This document shows, piece by piece, positions 48,151 to 62,840 of a stretch of 64,000 bases of DNA; positions within the stretch are counted from its first letter, which is position 1, and each line of letters opens with the position of its first letter. The translations under genes were made by a program, and so were the position numbers. The notes beneath the pieces were generated by a model. The model had not been told where the DNA came from, made no database searches, and saw nothing but the letters and a program-made list of their open reading frames with translations. The DNA comes from the human T2T-CHM13v2.0 reference genome, Homo sapiens: assembly GCF_009914755.1 (NCBI RefSeq), contig NC_060936.1; one strand, given 5' to 3'.

Positions 48151-51100
48151 AATGAATAAACAGAAGAACTGGCGGTGACACCATTCTGAGCCTTGGTTTA
48201 TTTTTAGAAAATGTGATTACAGAGGCTTGCAGTCAGTGTGGTTGGAAGGGCACAACCGTTTTTGTAGGTGGTGGAACTTCTGGACTCTTGTTGCATGTCT
48301 GCAAGGTCTTCCACGAATTCTGGGTTCTGGTCCTTCTTGAGTGCTGAGTAGCTGATATCCCAGTGGTCCCAATCATCAGGAATATTGTGGGTGTGCTTAG
48401 CTCTCATAGTAAAGTCTAAGTTGGGAGAACTAGTACCTTATGGTCCCTCCTGATGGATGAGCCCAGAAACAGAACTATGAGCTACGATTCCTGAAGCAGC
48501 CAAAGGCAAGGAAGTCCAGTGCCTCTGAACATTTGTTCTGCTCAATGAAAGAACTCAGTCATGGGGTACCCCTTGTGGAAAAACTTGGAGTAGCCTCAGA
48601 AAGACTTTCATCCTTTGCTTTTGTAGTGGTTACATTTAGAGCAGATATGTGCAAAAAAACCTATGGCAAAAACCTTATCTTGGGCATACTTCTCTTGAAC
48701 CCGAGCAGTTGCTCAAAAAGGTACTATGAAAAGGCCCATTTCTATATTTTTCACTTTTCATTTAGGTCCCTGATATGTCAAAAGATGACAGGGTTCATGA
48801 AGATTTTCTGTAACTCACCCTCGGTTGATCTGGAATACCAAGCTGCTTTACTCTACAGTGAGCTTTTTGAGGACAGACCATGTGTGTTATTCACCATTGC
48901 ACAGAGTACCTAGCTCAGAGCCTTGCACTGAGCAACAACCTATAGATGCAAGATAGATTTCCATGTTCAGATCAACACTGCATTAGAGTATGACACCTGA
49001 AATCTTAGCAGCAGGGCCTTGGTGAAACTCTGTAGAGTTTCAGGGGGATCCTCCCTGCCTCCTTCACCAATTCCTCTTAAGGGGCACTAAGCAGAAAGGA
49101 GACAGGCTTTGGAATCAGACAAATGTGGCTTCAGGTTCTGGCACTAGTTAAATGACTTAGGGAATGACTAATTAAGGGACTTTGGGGAAGTTACTTAACC
49201 TTTCTAATTTATAAAATGGGAATAAAATGGTACCTATAAAGATTAACTGAGATAAGTAGGTAAACATTTCAGCTGAGAACCCAGTATCTACTGTACATTC
49301 GATTATTGTTAATATGAATCTTCTGGAGTGTTTTCTGTTTGTGTATGATCAGAATGCAGATTAAGGGGCAGAGAGGTCTAGGGCAGAGTAGAATTGGGCC
49401 CAGTAACATGGTGCCACATCAGATCCTGGACCAGAATTATATGAGAAAGTAGTGGGGTTTGGGCCCAGGGTTTGAGGGATGGTGATGGTAGTGTATGGTG
49501 AGGAAGCTGGGCATGACAGTGTAATGACAGAGAAAACAATCTGTGGAGCTCAGGATAGATTAATTTTTATAATGGGAAACTGTATTAGGAGTGATATCTA
49601 GATCTCTATCAGACTACTAGAGGACATCTATTCTTTATTGAATATCGACTTTTTAGGGGAAAAAAAGCAAAACCATGTTCTATGAATATCAAATGAGAAG
49701 AACTTGTCAGTTGGCTGCTTTTAAAGTTATAACTAGTGTATTCGTGGTATACAGCAAGGCCATTGGGTAACACCTCTTTCTTCTTAAATTGGGTAAATGA
49801 AATAATAGTGAATCACAAGTTAAAGTTACTTGTCCAGACTAATCAGGGAAAGGTGAATTAGAAGATGAGAGGGTGAAAATTAAAGAAGAAACAATTACCA
49901 ACACAGAAAGGAGGGCCGCAGATGACAAAGATGGGAGCACGTATCTGAAAATGGAAGGGGATGGTGTTGTGGACAGAGGAAAAGAGCGAAAGATCATCAA
50001 ACCTTCAACAACATAAAAGTGACCCTCACTTTACCCTTAAATGGTAATGGCACACAACCTGAAAGCCTCAAAAGCAATAGGTATATTAACATTTAAAAAA
50101 GAGTCTTTAGGCACCTCAGTAATAGACTGATGACCACTGGTTGGTTTTGTTAATATGTGTGTAGGCCAGAGAGTAATTTGGCGGAAAGAGGAAGAGTTAA
50201 TCTGAAAGAGGAAATTTGAAGTTAGAAGAACATGAAGGCAAATCATTCATGATAAATGTGAAGGAAAGAGCAAGATTTAATAATGAATCAGGGGGACAAA
50301 AAATAGAGCTAACATTAATGGCCACTTATTGCACATGAAGCCCACTTTGCTAAGCTTTTCCCAGGTACCATTGCATTGTTACCACAGCAACCTGTGCGGT
50401 GAGCCCTGTTGTTAGCCCCAGTGAACAGGGCAAGTCAGAAGTTTCCTTGTGATAGAGCTGGCAGGTAGAGGATCTGAGTTCTGAATCTCACCTCTCTCAG
50501 ACAAAAGCTCCTGTGTGTAACCATTCAGCTGAAGTGCTTGCTCAAAGGGCTGAGAAAAGATGATGAAGAAGATTGGGAGGGGATTGAGAAAGAAAAGTTC
50601 AAAGAACTTTGATGGTAAAGAATCTTAGAATGAAAGTAAGACATGACAAAGAACAAAAGGAAGAAAGCATATCTAAAGGAGTAAGAAAATTAATATTTTT
50701 TGGCCACCTTATGTGATTAAGATGCACAAATATAATCTCCTTTAGTTCACACCAGAACTCCGTGAAGTAGACATGACTTCCGTTTACACAGATGAGGAGA
50801 TACAAGTTCAGAGAAGTCACCGTTAATCACGTAGCTCACAAATACCAGAGCCAGGATTAGAACCGCTGTCTGCAGCGTTAGAAAGCCCACAGTATTTTCA
50901 TTCGAACTTGGGAAAGGAAGTGCTAAGCCTGGGTGTGAGGGAGCAGAGATGGCATCTACCTCGAATGGTGGGGTAAAGATGCAAATAAAGCATGACTAGA
51001 AAGACAAAAAGGGGAAATGAGAAAGGGAGGACCACAGAGTGATAATTAGCCTCACACCACCTGTTTTTGCTTTGGCTGAAGAGGTCCCTCATCAAGGCTG

Positions 51101-52769
51101 AGTAACAAACAAAGCAACCGAGTAGCTCAGAAAGGCCCGCGGATTCTTCCACTGGTCATCGCCTGGAATGTTCACTGACAGTGAAACGTGATGTGGAGAA
51201 ACCCCTGACAATGACAAGAAAGATTCCAGACAATTGACACATTGCTGACTGCGACGGAAGTTTCATAGAAAATGATTTTTAGAAGGGACAAATATAGAGA
51301 GCAGCTCAGGAAGACACACTCTGTAAAGGTGGTTGGCAGGAAGTACGGTTGCTGTAGAGGACACAGCGAGACATAGCTGGACGTGAAAAACAACCCTGTG
51401 AGGCTTATAGCATAGGTTTGTGTATCACCCTTTTGCATATGAGGAAACTGGCCCATAGCATTTGAGGACTTGCCTGTGGTGCCTGAGTTTTAGAATCCAG
51501 GTGTCTGACTCCAAATCTAGTGTGTGGAACACTGTACCATTTTCATTTAAACAAATACATTTCTAATGGTAAATTTGAGGTATCATGTATTGGGGGAAAA
51601 GGTTTAGAGCAGGGATCTTTACTTTGTTCTATACAGGTAGCTCTTTTCAGATGTTTTTTCATGTTTAGTAAAAACAACTCTGGTCTCCAGATGAATGGCA
51701 TTCAGCTCCGTCTTGTTAGTGCTGTTTTGTTTGTGGTAGGGTTTTCCAGGTGCAGATTCATAGCACCTTAACTTTGTATTGGCTAATAATTAACAAAAGC
51801 GGCTGCTGACTTCACTAAGTGATTGCAGATTTTACTGCAAGTTCTTTTGTTTGCAACTGTCTAGGATACAATGACCATGTGGAAGGCAGTTCTTTGATGG
51901 CTAATTCTATACCATTAATAAAGTAAACTGACTACTGGGAAATACATTCTCATTCTTGGACCCTGGAGTCTTGGTTTTATACATAAGCATTTCTGAGTAA
52001 ATTGGAGTGAATTAACTTTGGTCCATTTAAATTGGGTCAACTCATCCTCAGGCCTACAAAAATTCACACTGGATATACTGTACTCACAATTATCAATGCC
52101 ACACTGACACTCTCAGGATGTTCAGATGACTAAATTTTGCTTCTTTTAAAAAAAAATCTGGGAGAATTCTCACACATACCCAGACTTTTGCGCTAGGCTG
52201 AAAACACTAGAAATAATGGTCAAGGTGACTTTGAAGTTCCTGTTAATTGTGTCTAGACACTTCATGGCTATATTCTATACCCCTGCTTCATTCTGCTCTG
52301 ACAAAATTAATATTTCCCAGCTTTTGATTAGATTTAAGTGACTCAGTGATACTATGGCAACCCTAAACTATGGGACAAAAATCAATGTCTTGACCATTAT
52401 ATGGCCTCTTTATGAAGAAATCAGCTATTTCTTGGTTCCAGATGGGCAATGTGCTCATTTCTCCTTTTAACATTTTATTTAGGATTCAAAGTATTTTTAT
52501 AGGGAAAACCCCACAAATCTCATTATCTACCTTATGACCTGTGGTAAAGTAATCATAAAGAAGCAATTACTTTTGTCTTTTTTTTTTCCTTAGATTACCA
52601 AATCCAAGGCAACTAGAAATGGCGAATAGGTTTTGTTTTAGGAGGCAGAAAATATGTTGATTTTAATTATTTCAAAAGACACAAGTAGGATATTAATTCA
52701 TGTAGCTTGATGTGATGATCTTAAATGCTAACTCCTATGCATTGTTCAGCTCTTTCCCACTTCATCATG

Positions 52770-52900
52770 TATTTTTCTTTTTTTCTGTTTTTCCTTTTTC
52801 CTTCCTTCTTTCTTTCTTTTCCTCCCTCCCATCCTTCCTTCCTTTCTTTTCTTTCTCTGTCTTCCTTTCCTCCTCCCTTCTTTCCTTTTCCTTTCTTTCT
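52770..52900. repeat. (TTCC/TTTC)n low-complexity tract
   Basis: Nearly pure pyrimidine run. Confidence 0.9.
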
Positions 52901-55399
52901 GATTCATTTGAATTTGTGAATCCTTACTTCCCACTATGGGCATTTCCTCCCCATAATATGTCAGCGTAGGGGCCTAGCCTGCCCAAGTTCTGTAAACAGA
53001 CTCAACCTTCCTAGCCACATCCATCTCCCCAGACAACAACCTGGTAGGAACTGAGAAGGCTTGACTGCTTGGTCATGGCACCTCAGGCTCTGAGTGACGG
53101 GAACTCCTACCACCTGCATTACAGGATCTGCAGGAAGTCCCTCTGATTTTGCTGGTCGACTCTGAATAGTCTGCAGCAATTCTTTTGAAAACCAGAAGAG
53201 GCAGATGAGTCCTGGCTGGGGAAGGCTGGGTAGAGGGTTGCTGCACACACACAGCTGAGGTGCCTCAGGGCAGGGCTGCTCCTGCAGCAGACCCCTGGAA
53301 CCCCTTTTAGCTTTGTGTCTAAGAGTCTCTGGCTTGCCAGCTGCACACAGTGGTTCCTTTAAAGCAAGGTGTTGTGAGTCTCAGCTGAATGCTAGTACAA
53401 GGTTGGCCTCATACCATGGGCAGGACATTGGCTACCTGCTCTTGCCAGTAGAGCCCATTGTGTGGTCAAGCTCAGAAGCACAGAGGAGGAGATCTGGGGT
53501 CAGGATACCTTCCAATGCGACTGACAGCAGCAGAGACAGCTGGTCAGGAGCTAGGTTAGGCCATGCTCTCCTTTGCCCTGTTGCTTTTCATTAAGACTCC
53601 TCATGGGCACAGCAGCCATGTGACCAGCTCTGGGGTCAGGAAAGGGACCTCTGCCCATGGCTGGAGCCTGGCTCTACTCAGCCCTGGCCAGGCTGGATGG
53701 GGAGAGGAGGTGGAGCTGCCTGGAGTGCAGAACCAGCCATGGGTTGTGACAGATTGACAGAGGGTGAAGGGCTGAGAGGTGTGACCCTGCTGGGACATGT
53801 CCTGGGCAGAAGAAGGGGTCATCTAAGGCCACAGAGGGGCCCCAAGGCAAACTCTCTGCCCAGCAAATTAATTTAGTCATGCAGGCAGGAGTTTGGTTAA
53901 TACCCTAGAAACAATGGTGGGAAAAACGAGTAAACTGGAACAGGCAGGGAAGATGCCTAGGCAGCATGACCAGACTAAAGATTGGCCACCAGAAGAACAT
54001 CAGGAGAGCCCATAGTGTCCTGGAGGTCTGGAAAGATGGGTTGTGTGCACTCAGATGAAGATCCCACAGGTGGGGCAGGTAGAACAGTGCAAGGGGGATG
54101 CCCCACTGAGCCATCACTGATTCTGTCTTTCTGGATGATGGCAGAAGCTGTTCCAGGGTGGCTCATGTTTTAAGAAGTAGAATTCAATCTGCACCCATTC
54201 ATGAGAATGGTTATGTTTTCAAAGGCAGAAGGGCTGATGTGTGAATGCAGGAATAGGTATGATTTTTTAATATTCGTCTCCAGAGGACAGAATCCCAAAT
54301 GGAAGCAGGACCTACAAAGAGGCAGATGTTGGCTGAATGAAAAAAAATAAAAATAAAAACAAAAAGCCCACCTCTAGCATTCGAGCGGCAGCAAATGCTC
54401 CCTGAGTGGCATCCTGAGTACCAAGCCCAGTGCCTGGGAGACAGTATCCATTCATTGAATGGGTAAATGAATGGATGGCCCTTGATCAGGATCCCTTGTT
54501 AGAGAAGGGATCCTCTCTGTAAGAGTCTGGACCATGAAGGGGATTGGCTGTGACATCTGCCTCTTGATGAGCATTTGTAGATGATTCTGCAGGTCTGGGT
54601 GAACCTGTTCCTTGAAGCACTATCAGCCACTGAGGGCAAGACTGGGAAATTTCAGCACAAAGGTCTGGGGAGTGGAGAAGGGGTGAGAAGCTGGAACCAG
54701 ATCTGTCCTGGTTGGAGCAGGCACTGCACTGTTTGGTCCAGGCTACAAGAGATAGGTAGAACTCTATTTTCAAAGAGAGAATCCAATAACATAGGGTGAC
54801 TCTGTCTATGATATTTAATATTTGATCAAGATAAAGAAAACAGGAAAATGCCCTTGTGTACAAATGAACACTTATTTTATATTCCTCATTTACCCCTGTC
54901 CCTCCAAATGGCCTTTTGCTCTTAAATGGGCTTCCAATTTATTTTTAAAGTCAATTTGCATTTTTTCTTTGCAGGTCAAAGTAATCACTGCAATCTGAAC
55001 ACACAAATAACATCAGTGTGTTAGGTTTCAAGAGAAATCACTCTGCTATTTTACAGTAACAGCCAGGGCAAACTTATCTTTACATCAAATGCTGTCAGTC
55101 ACTTTGAAAAATTATGCAAGCAGCAATATTCAATATAAACAATATCAATATACGTGGAGTGTGTGAATTTTTCCTTTGTAGGATACAATTTGTCTCTGGT
55201 AGTTCTTGAACCATTTTTCTTCCTTACTCATAGCCTGCTATCACCCTAGTCTCCCTTATCTACTATCTTGACTGCTACCACCCATGTCAGAACCACTATT
55301 ATCTTTCATCTTATCCTATGAGCCTCATGAAGCCCTCTTTCCCTCTTCAGCCTATTCCTAACACAGCAGTGTGAGTGAGCATTTAAAAAAATCAAAGTC

Positions 55400-55702
<303 letters not shown>

Positions 55703-56235
55703 TCAAAGTCATGTCTTGCCTGTCTTCCCTCTGCTTAAAACCTTGCATGGCTTCCGTTTTACTGACAGTAAAATTCAGAGTATTGACTGAGGTCTACACA
55801 GCCCTTCATGATCAGTTTCTACCCCTCTTACCTATAATCTCCTCCTCTGTTTCTTTACCCTCACTCCATTCTACCCATATGGCCTGCTTGCTGTTTCTTG
55901 AACCCACCAGGTACCTATGCCCGAGGGTCTTGGCTTTAGCTCTCTGCCTGGAGCAGTCTTCCCAATGGCATCCTCTGGGTTCACTCCATCTCTTCAAGTC
56001 TTTGCTCAACTCTTTCCCTGCCCTGCCCCATCGAATTCTGCAATTTAGCGCCCACCACTGTACTCCTGATCCCCATTAATTGGCTCTACTTTTTTCCTTC
56101 TTCCTCATTGCTTATCATTTCTTAGCATGCTTTATGATTTACTTATTTATTACATTTATTATTTATTGTTAGCATCCCCAAATTAAATGTAAACTACACA
56201 AGGTCAGGGTCTCTCTTTTGCTCAGGTGCCTAGAA

Positions 56236-56575
56236 CAGTGGTTCCCCAATCTTTTTGGTACCAGGGACCAGTTTCATGGAAGACAATTTTTCCAAAGACA
56301 TGGTGTGGGGGATGGTTTTGGGATGAAACTGTTCCAACTCCCATCATGAGGTATTAGTTAGATTTTCATAAAGAGCACAACCTAGATTCCTCGCATGCGC
56401 AGTTCACAATAGGGTTCATGGTCCTATGAGAATCTAATGCCACCACTGATTTGACAGAAGTGGGAGCTCAGGCAGTAATGCTCACTCACCAGCCGCTCAC
56501 CCCATGCTGTGCGGCCCAGTTCCTAACTGGCCATGGATGGGTACCAGTCCGTGGCCCGGGGGTTGGGGACCAGTG
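56236..56575. mobile_element. MER1B (hAT-Charlie)
   Basis: cagtggttccccaatc / ggttggggaccagtg TIRs; ctagaa-containing TSD; splits the L2 3' end. Confidence 0.88.
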
Positions 56576-57575
56576 GTCTAGAATAGCATCTGGCACTTAA
56601 TAGGTACCTAGTCCATATTATTGAATGAGGAAGTGAATAAATGAATGTTTTTGGTGCATATTTTGTCATCCAAACCTTTATCATTAATCTGTGAAACATA
56701 TCACTGGCCAGTCCATTTGGTTAACTCCTCATTTATTCTTTGGGTACCTGTTGCTATCGAATTTGATCATTTTATATGCAAATAATATCAAAACTCCTTT
56801 TTTTGTTTTAACCTGAGAAAAATTATTACCAGATTCACCTATGCAGTTAAACATTTTTCTTTTTGTAGTTCATCCAGCTCAACAGGGCTTCAAGATAGCC
56901 CCTGAGCCAGTCTTTCTTTTAGGTCAATGAAGTTCCAAACTTTCTGACACATTTGCTATTCTTATCCTCAGTAGACTGTTAATAACATGAGCTCCTTCTG
57001 CTGATAAATTTGTGGCTCTCCTGCTTTAACTTAAGCCCTTATTTATTCTGTCTAGACATGGATAACTGGTTACTAGAGATCTCTTCCCCAGTAGCCCTTC
57101 ATGGAGCTGAGGAAAGTAAAGCTAACCTTCAGCATTTTGGTCTATGAATGAAACCGCTCCAATATCATTTTCACCAGGGGACATACTTTTTATTTTGAAA
57201 CCTGTAACTTTAGTGAGTAAACTTCAAAACACGGCATGCAAATGTGTACTACAACAATTTAATGAATGAAACAATTTACTAAAGCTCAAATTTAAAGTGG
57301 TGAGCAAGGATTGCCTTTATAAGGAAACCATAATATAACTTGGTTTAAAGAGTTTTGTTTGGTTAAAGGAGTAAAATTTTCATGACAGAAGGAGAAATCC
57401 CATTAAGATACAACTTCGAAACAATCTGAAAGCTTGGGAAGATAAGTTAATATGTTGCCTGAAAAAGTATATGAATATAGAGTAATACCCAAATTAAGTT
57501 GATGAATTGGTAGAAGGATGTTTAACTAGACCTGACGAGAAGTTAGGAGAAGAGGATTAGGCAGATTCAAACACA

Positions 57576-57602
57576 GTGTGCTTCAAGACGTGTGTGCTTC
57601 AA

Positions 57603-57648
<46 letters not shown>

Positions 57649-57657
57649 TGTGTGTGT
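57576..57657. repeat. (TG)n microsatellite preceded by a 16-bp duplication
   Basis: gtgtgcttcaagacgt x2, then about 25 TG units. Confidence 0.95.
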
Positions 57658-57979
57658 CTGCTAATGAAGAGAACAAGAAAGCATGGGGTTTGAGACCTCA
57701 GAACTTTGCATGCAAATATGGCCACAGCTCACACCATGAAGAACTGAAAGCAGTCCTTTCTTGAAAGAGGGAAGGTATAGACCTGAATGGACTAAGAGTT
57801 AAATGTGGCGTGGGGAGTAAGACACAATGTTTTTCTTAAGAAGGCAATTAATACCTTCTCTATAATAAGTACTAATCAATTGTTAAGGTAATCTGAAATG
57901 TCTCTGAAGCCTCAGAACCAGAACAGGTAAAATTGGGTGAATGTCTAGCACAAGAATAAGTGAGTAAACATTTTCCATT

Positions 57980-58363
57980 TGTTTTAGTCTGTTTGTGCTG
58001 CTCTAGCAGATTACCTAAGATTGGGTAATTTATAAAGAATAGAAATTTATTTCTCACAGTTCTAGAGGCTGAGAAGTCCAAGATCAAGGTGCCAGCATCT
58101 TCTGAGGGCCTTCTTGCTGTGTCGTCACATGGCAGAAGGCAAAAAGGCAAGTGAGAACAGAAGAGTAAGGTAGTTAGGTAGCTGAATGCATCCTGAAGCC
58201 TCCTTTAAAAGGACATTAATCTCATTAAGAGGGAGCAGCAGTCATGGCTTATTCACCTCTTAAAGGCCCCACCTCTTAATATTATCACATTGGCAATACC
58301 TGAATTTTAGAGTAAATTAAGTTTCAACATGAATTTTGGAAGAGATAAAGACATTCAAACCAT
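57980..58363 (-). mobile_element. MST/MLT1A-type MaLR solo LTR
   Basis: ttagtctgtttgtgctgct...ctcacagttctagaggctgagaagtccaagatcaaggtgccagc...acattcaaaccat. Confidence 0.85.
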
Positions 58364-58766
58364 GGGTTTATAATTCTTTAAATACTGATATGTTATATCT
58401 TATATAATTTAGATTACAAATCAATAACATTATGTCTAGTATTCAACAAATTTAAATTACTAGTGAACTCCACTGTGCTAAACAGTAAGGCCACCAAGGT
58501 GAGCAAAAGCAGTCCCTGCTGTCAAGAAGCTTAGAGGACAGAGGAATGTTCAATCATAGTATATATCATTTGAATGTTTACCTTAATAAAGAAATAAAAC
58601 TCAGAAGTAGATGGCCTGCACATTAATGTAGTTAATCTTAAATCTCAGGTCTGTGCAAAGCCCCGTAAGCAGATCACTCAACTGAAAGTCATTGCAGCAT
58701 CACATACCACTGATAATCACCTGAACTGCAGACAGAGTGACTAAAAAGAATTGATCATTCTCGAGA

Positions 58767-58945
58767 GCAGTGTTTCTCAAAGCATGCTTCAGAGACCAAC
58801 CTGCATATGAATCATGGTGCAAGCTTGTTTAAAATGGATTCTCAGGATCCTTCCCAAGAACTTATTATGTCATATTTACAGTGTTGGGTGCTAGAGTCTT
58901 TGTTTTAAAGAATCTCACCAGGTGATTCTTAGTCTGTTTCAGCAC
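58767..58945. mobile_element. MER5-like fragment
   Basis: cagtgtttctcaaagcatg...ccaggtgattctt. Confidence 0.6.
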
Positions 58946-58979
58946 CATGCTGTTTGGGTCTGACACAGAATGACTTTCA

Positions 58980-59127
<148 letters not shown>

Positions 59128-60609
59128 ATAAACCTATGACGTGATGACAGACAACAAAATATCCTAAATTTATATTGGCTTATATTCCAGTGACATTTTT
59201 ATTATTGATTTATTTACTTCATTGTCAAATATAAGCCAGCCCTTTTCTATATTGCATTTGTATTCTTGGCTGACTTTTCTTTTCCTTCTAGTTATACCAT
59301 TTTATATTTGTAGCTATTAAATTTTACCCTGTTTTTGTAAAACAATTAAAAAACCTGGTCAAAGCTATTTTGAATTTACCTCTTTTCTCTGCAGTATTAA
59401 CAGCCCCATGTAATTAGAACCAGTCACACATTTACTGAACCCACGTTTGTAAAGATAATGACAAGTAAACCTCCTCTCAATCCTCCTCTTCAGACTGATT
59501 TCTACTCTACCCATTAATGACTCTCAGCCGTGAATAGCATTGGCGTTAGCTTGTAGGACAGTCTCATAAAGAGAAATGACTATTTTCTTTGTATATAGTA
59601 TATTGTTTGGTTTATACAAACATCTCATTTAAAAATGCTTAGAGCATTTTTTAATGGTGGGATATAAAGAAGAATTTTTGAACTAGTATTTTTAATCGAA
59701 AAATTCTGAACTTCTAGATGGAATAAGAACAGGAAGTATACCTTTTTCATATCCTAAAATTAAGAAATAATTTAGAAAAACTCTGGCAGATGATATGAGC
59801 CACATGCAAGGCTCGGGTCTCAAATTCCGTCTATACAGAGCTGGGGAAAGTATTTTCCTCTTTATAAGGAGTTCACTGCCCTTCCTGGTTCAAGTTCTCT
59901 GGCCATCAGAACTTCTGGTAAAATCTAAGCCTTCCAGATTTTAAGATTGCTAGCTGTGAAGCTGATATTTTAATGCACCGTGTTTTAACTGCTGCTGCTT
60001 TGTTCTGTGTGTCCTAATTGAATATTTTCGATTTTGCACTTATGGCCTGGAGCAATTTAATCATCCAGGATACAATTTAATACATTGAAGAAGTATGAAA
60101 AGTGTTCAGTAATGAGTGGGATTAATTGCTATTGTGCCTCACACAGTGGCATGCAACCAATAGATGCTTAACAAATATTAATTTATGATTGTGACAGGCA
60201 GCCCTAGGGGCAGGGAACATGAAATTTTGAGTTAGTTTTCCTTTTCTCTAGTCACCATCCAATCAGAGATGAGGCACTTTTATACTTTAGTTTTACAGTC
60301 CACAAAAGGAAATCATTTTTGTTCATCATTATCAACCTAGGATAGAGAAAGAAATGCAGAGGGATTAACGTAATAATTGTCTTTGTGTTTGAAGGTGGCA
60401 GCTGGCCAGTTGTTCTCAGGCTCACATGAAGAATTAGAATGAAATGTGTTTGACTGGGAAAGACTAAGGTTAGATGAAGAAATTCTGGAGAGCCCCTTCT
60501 GAACAGCTTTTAACTAGGCTCTCGCTTCAGATGGCCATGACAGAAGGTTGTACCAGATCACCTCTTGTACAGCCCTGTCACTCTAAACTGATTTTAAGAA
60601 TATGGTTAC

Positions 60610-60865
60610 CGCAAACACCGCATGTTCTCACTCCTAAGTGGGAGTTGAACAATGAGAACACATGAACACAGGGAGGGGAACATCACACACCAGGGCCTGT
60701 CAGGGATTGGGGAGCTAGGGGAGGGATAGCACTAGGAGAAATACCTAATGTAGATGACGGTTGATGAGTGTAGCAAACCACCATGGCACGTGTATACCTA
60801 TGTAACAAACCTGCATGTTCTGCACATGTATCCCAGAACTTAAAGTATAATAATAATAAAAAAAA
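60610..60865 (+). mobile_element. L1PA 3' end, 5'-truncated
   Basis: catgttctcactc...gggaggggaacatcacacacc...cccagaacttaaagtataataa; A tail; TSD atatggttac. Confidence 0.95.
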
Positions 60866-61089
60866 GTATATGGTTACTGGCCAAAGGTAACAGCAAGGGT
60901 AGTTCTTTTGCATAGTCCCTTAATAATTATGTGGTCTAGTAATCAAAACACTATATAAATGCCTGAACTCGGAAATGTAGCAACCAAGAGATATGGTTGA
61001 AAGGAACCATCAAAATTACCAGCTAAAAAACTGGCTGATTGTACATTGTACATTGAGAGCCATAGACTGCTCATGACCTTTGGCCCAGA

Positions 61090-61410
61090 GTAGGGGTCGG
61101 CAAACTGCAGACATCTGCCCTGTTGCCTATTTTTACATCTCTAAGAGTGGTTTTTACGTTTTTAAATGGTTGAAATAAAATGAAAACGAATTATATTTCA
61201 TGACACATTGGAAACTAAACAAATTCAAATTTCATTGCACATATACCAAATTTTATTTGAACATAGACATGCCTGTTCATTTATGTACTGTTTGTGTCTG
61301 CTTTCATAATCCATCAGTAGAGCTGAGTAACTGAGACAGAGACCATATAGCCTGCAAAGCCAAAAGTATTTACTCTCTGCCCCTTTATAGGAAAAGTTTG
61401 CTGATCTCTG
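61090..61410. mobile_element. MER58-type hAT MITE
   Basis: taggggtcggcaaact...gaaaagtttgctgatctctg TIRs. Confidence 0.8.
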
Positions 61411-62513
61411 ATCTTGATCTTGAGAATCTATCCAAAGCAAGTGGCTCATGAACTGTGGAATAAGCAATATGGCGAAAGAGTGTAAATGTAGTGTTATCTA
61501 TTATGGAAGAATTAGAAAAACATTAAAGGTTTTCCAACTATATAGATATTTTTGAATCAATTTTGGAATATCCACTCAATGGAGCTTTTCAAAACCAATA
61601 AAACTGAGGGCAATAACTAGCTACCAATATTGAAAAATAAAATAGTTATGTTAATTAAAGTGGAAAAATAAATCAGAGCACCAACCTGTGTAACTGTATG
61701 ATGATAGCCTTTAATTAGCCAATTAATTCAGTTATCCAACAAACAATTATTGAGAACTAGAATATTATTGAGGCATACACCACATACGTGAGGTTTTTTA
61801 AAAAAGCCTAGGAAATATTTATAGTGATTGCTTAAAAGTCATATATTTTGTTGATTTTTTTCATCTCAATTTTATTTTTTTCCCTCTTGTGATGTTTATG
61901 CTACCTACATATTAAAAACCTTATGGACAAAGATTGGAAAAAGCAGCAGAGTGTATAAAAGGACAATAAGCAGCTCTCTATAAGACTGAAACTGTCTGGT
62001 GGGGTTTGCCGAGGATTCCTGACACTGAGGATAGCAGCTTGTTCTGCCCCAGCAATTTCTGTCTCCTCCTTTACAACATTTATCTTTATGAAAGAGAAGA
62101 GCAGGCTTCCCTTTACAATCTCTCCTGCTTTCTTCCCCCACCAACCCAGGGAGCCAGCAGGCATGAAAAACTTTCCCTCCATTGAATAAATATAAACAAG
62201 CTTATTTACCGTCAGTTTACCATCTGCGTAGACCGCAACTCTCTCTCTCTCTGAAGAGATTTAAATGGTATTCCATGTCCTTCATGTGACTTAGTAACTC
62301 ATATCTGAGCAAGGTTGAAGTGGGAGTTTTTCTGAAGTAGAATTGGTTCTAGAGCCTAGATACTGAACACCCTGTTCCTCCCCAGTCAGGAAAATGCCAT
62401 CTGTTACATTACATTGCAGTCTTTAAAATAAAAGTACTACTTTTACTTGCCACTCACTTACCTTGCTTTTGAATATTTTAAGACATAGAAGGATGAAATT
62501 AATAACAAGGGCA

Positions 62514-62840
<327 letters not shown>

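Noticed and set aside
60787-60792. CACGTG E-box
   Set aside because: Part of the standard L1PA 3' sequence, not locus-specific.
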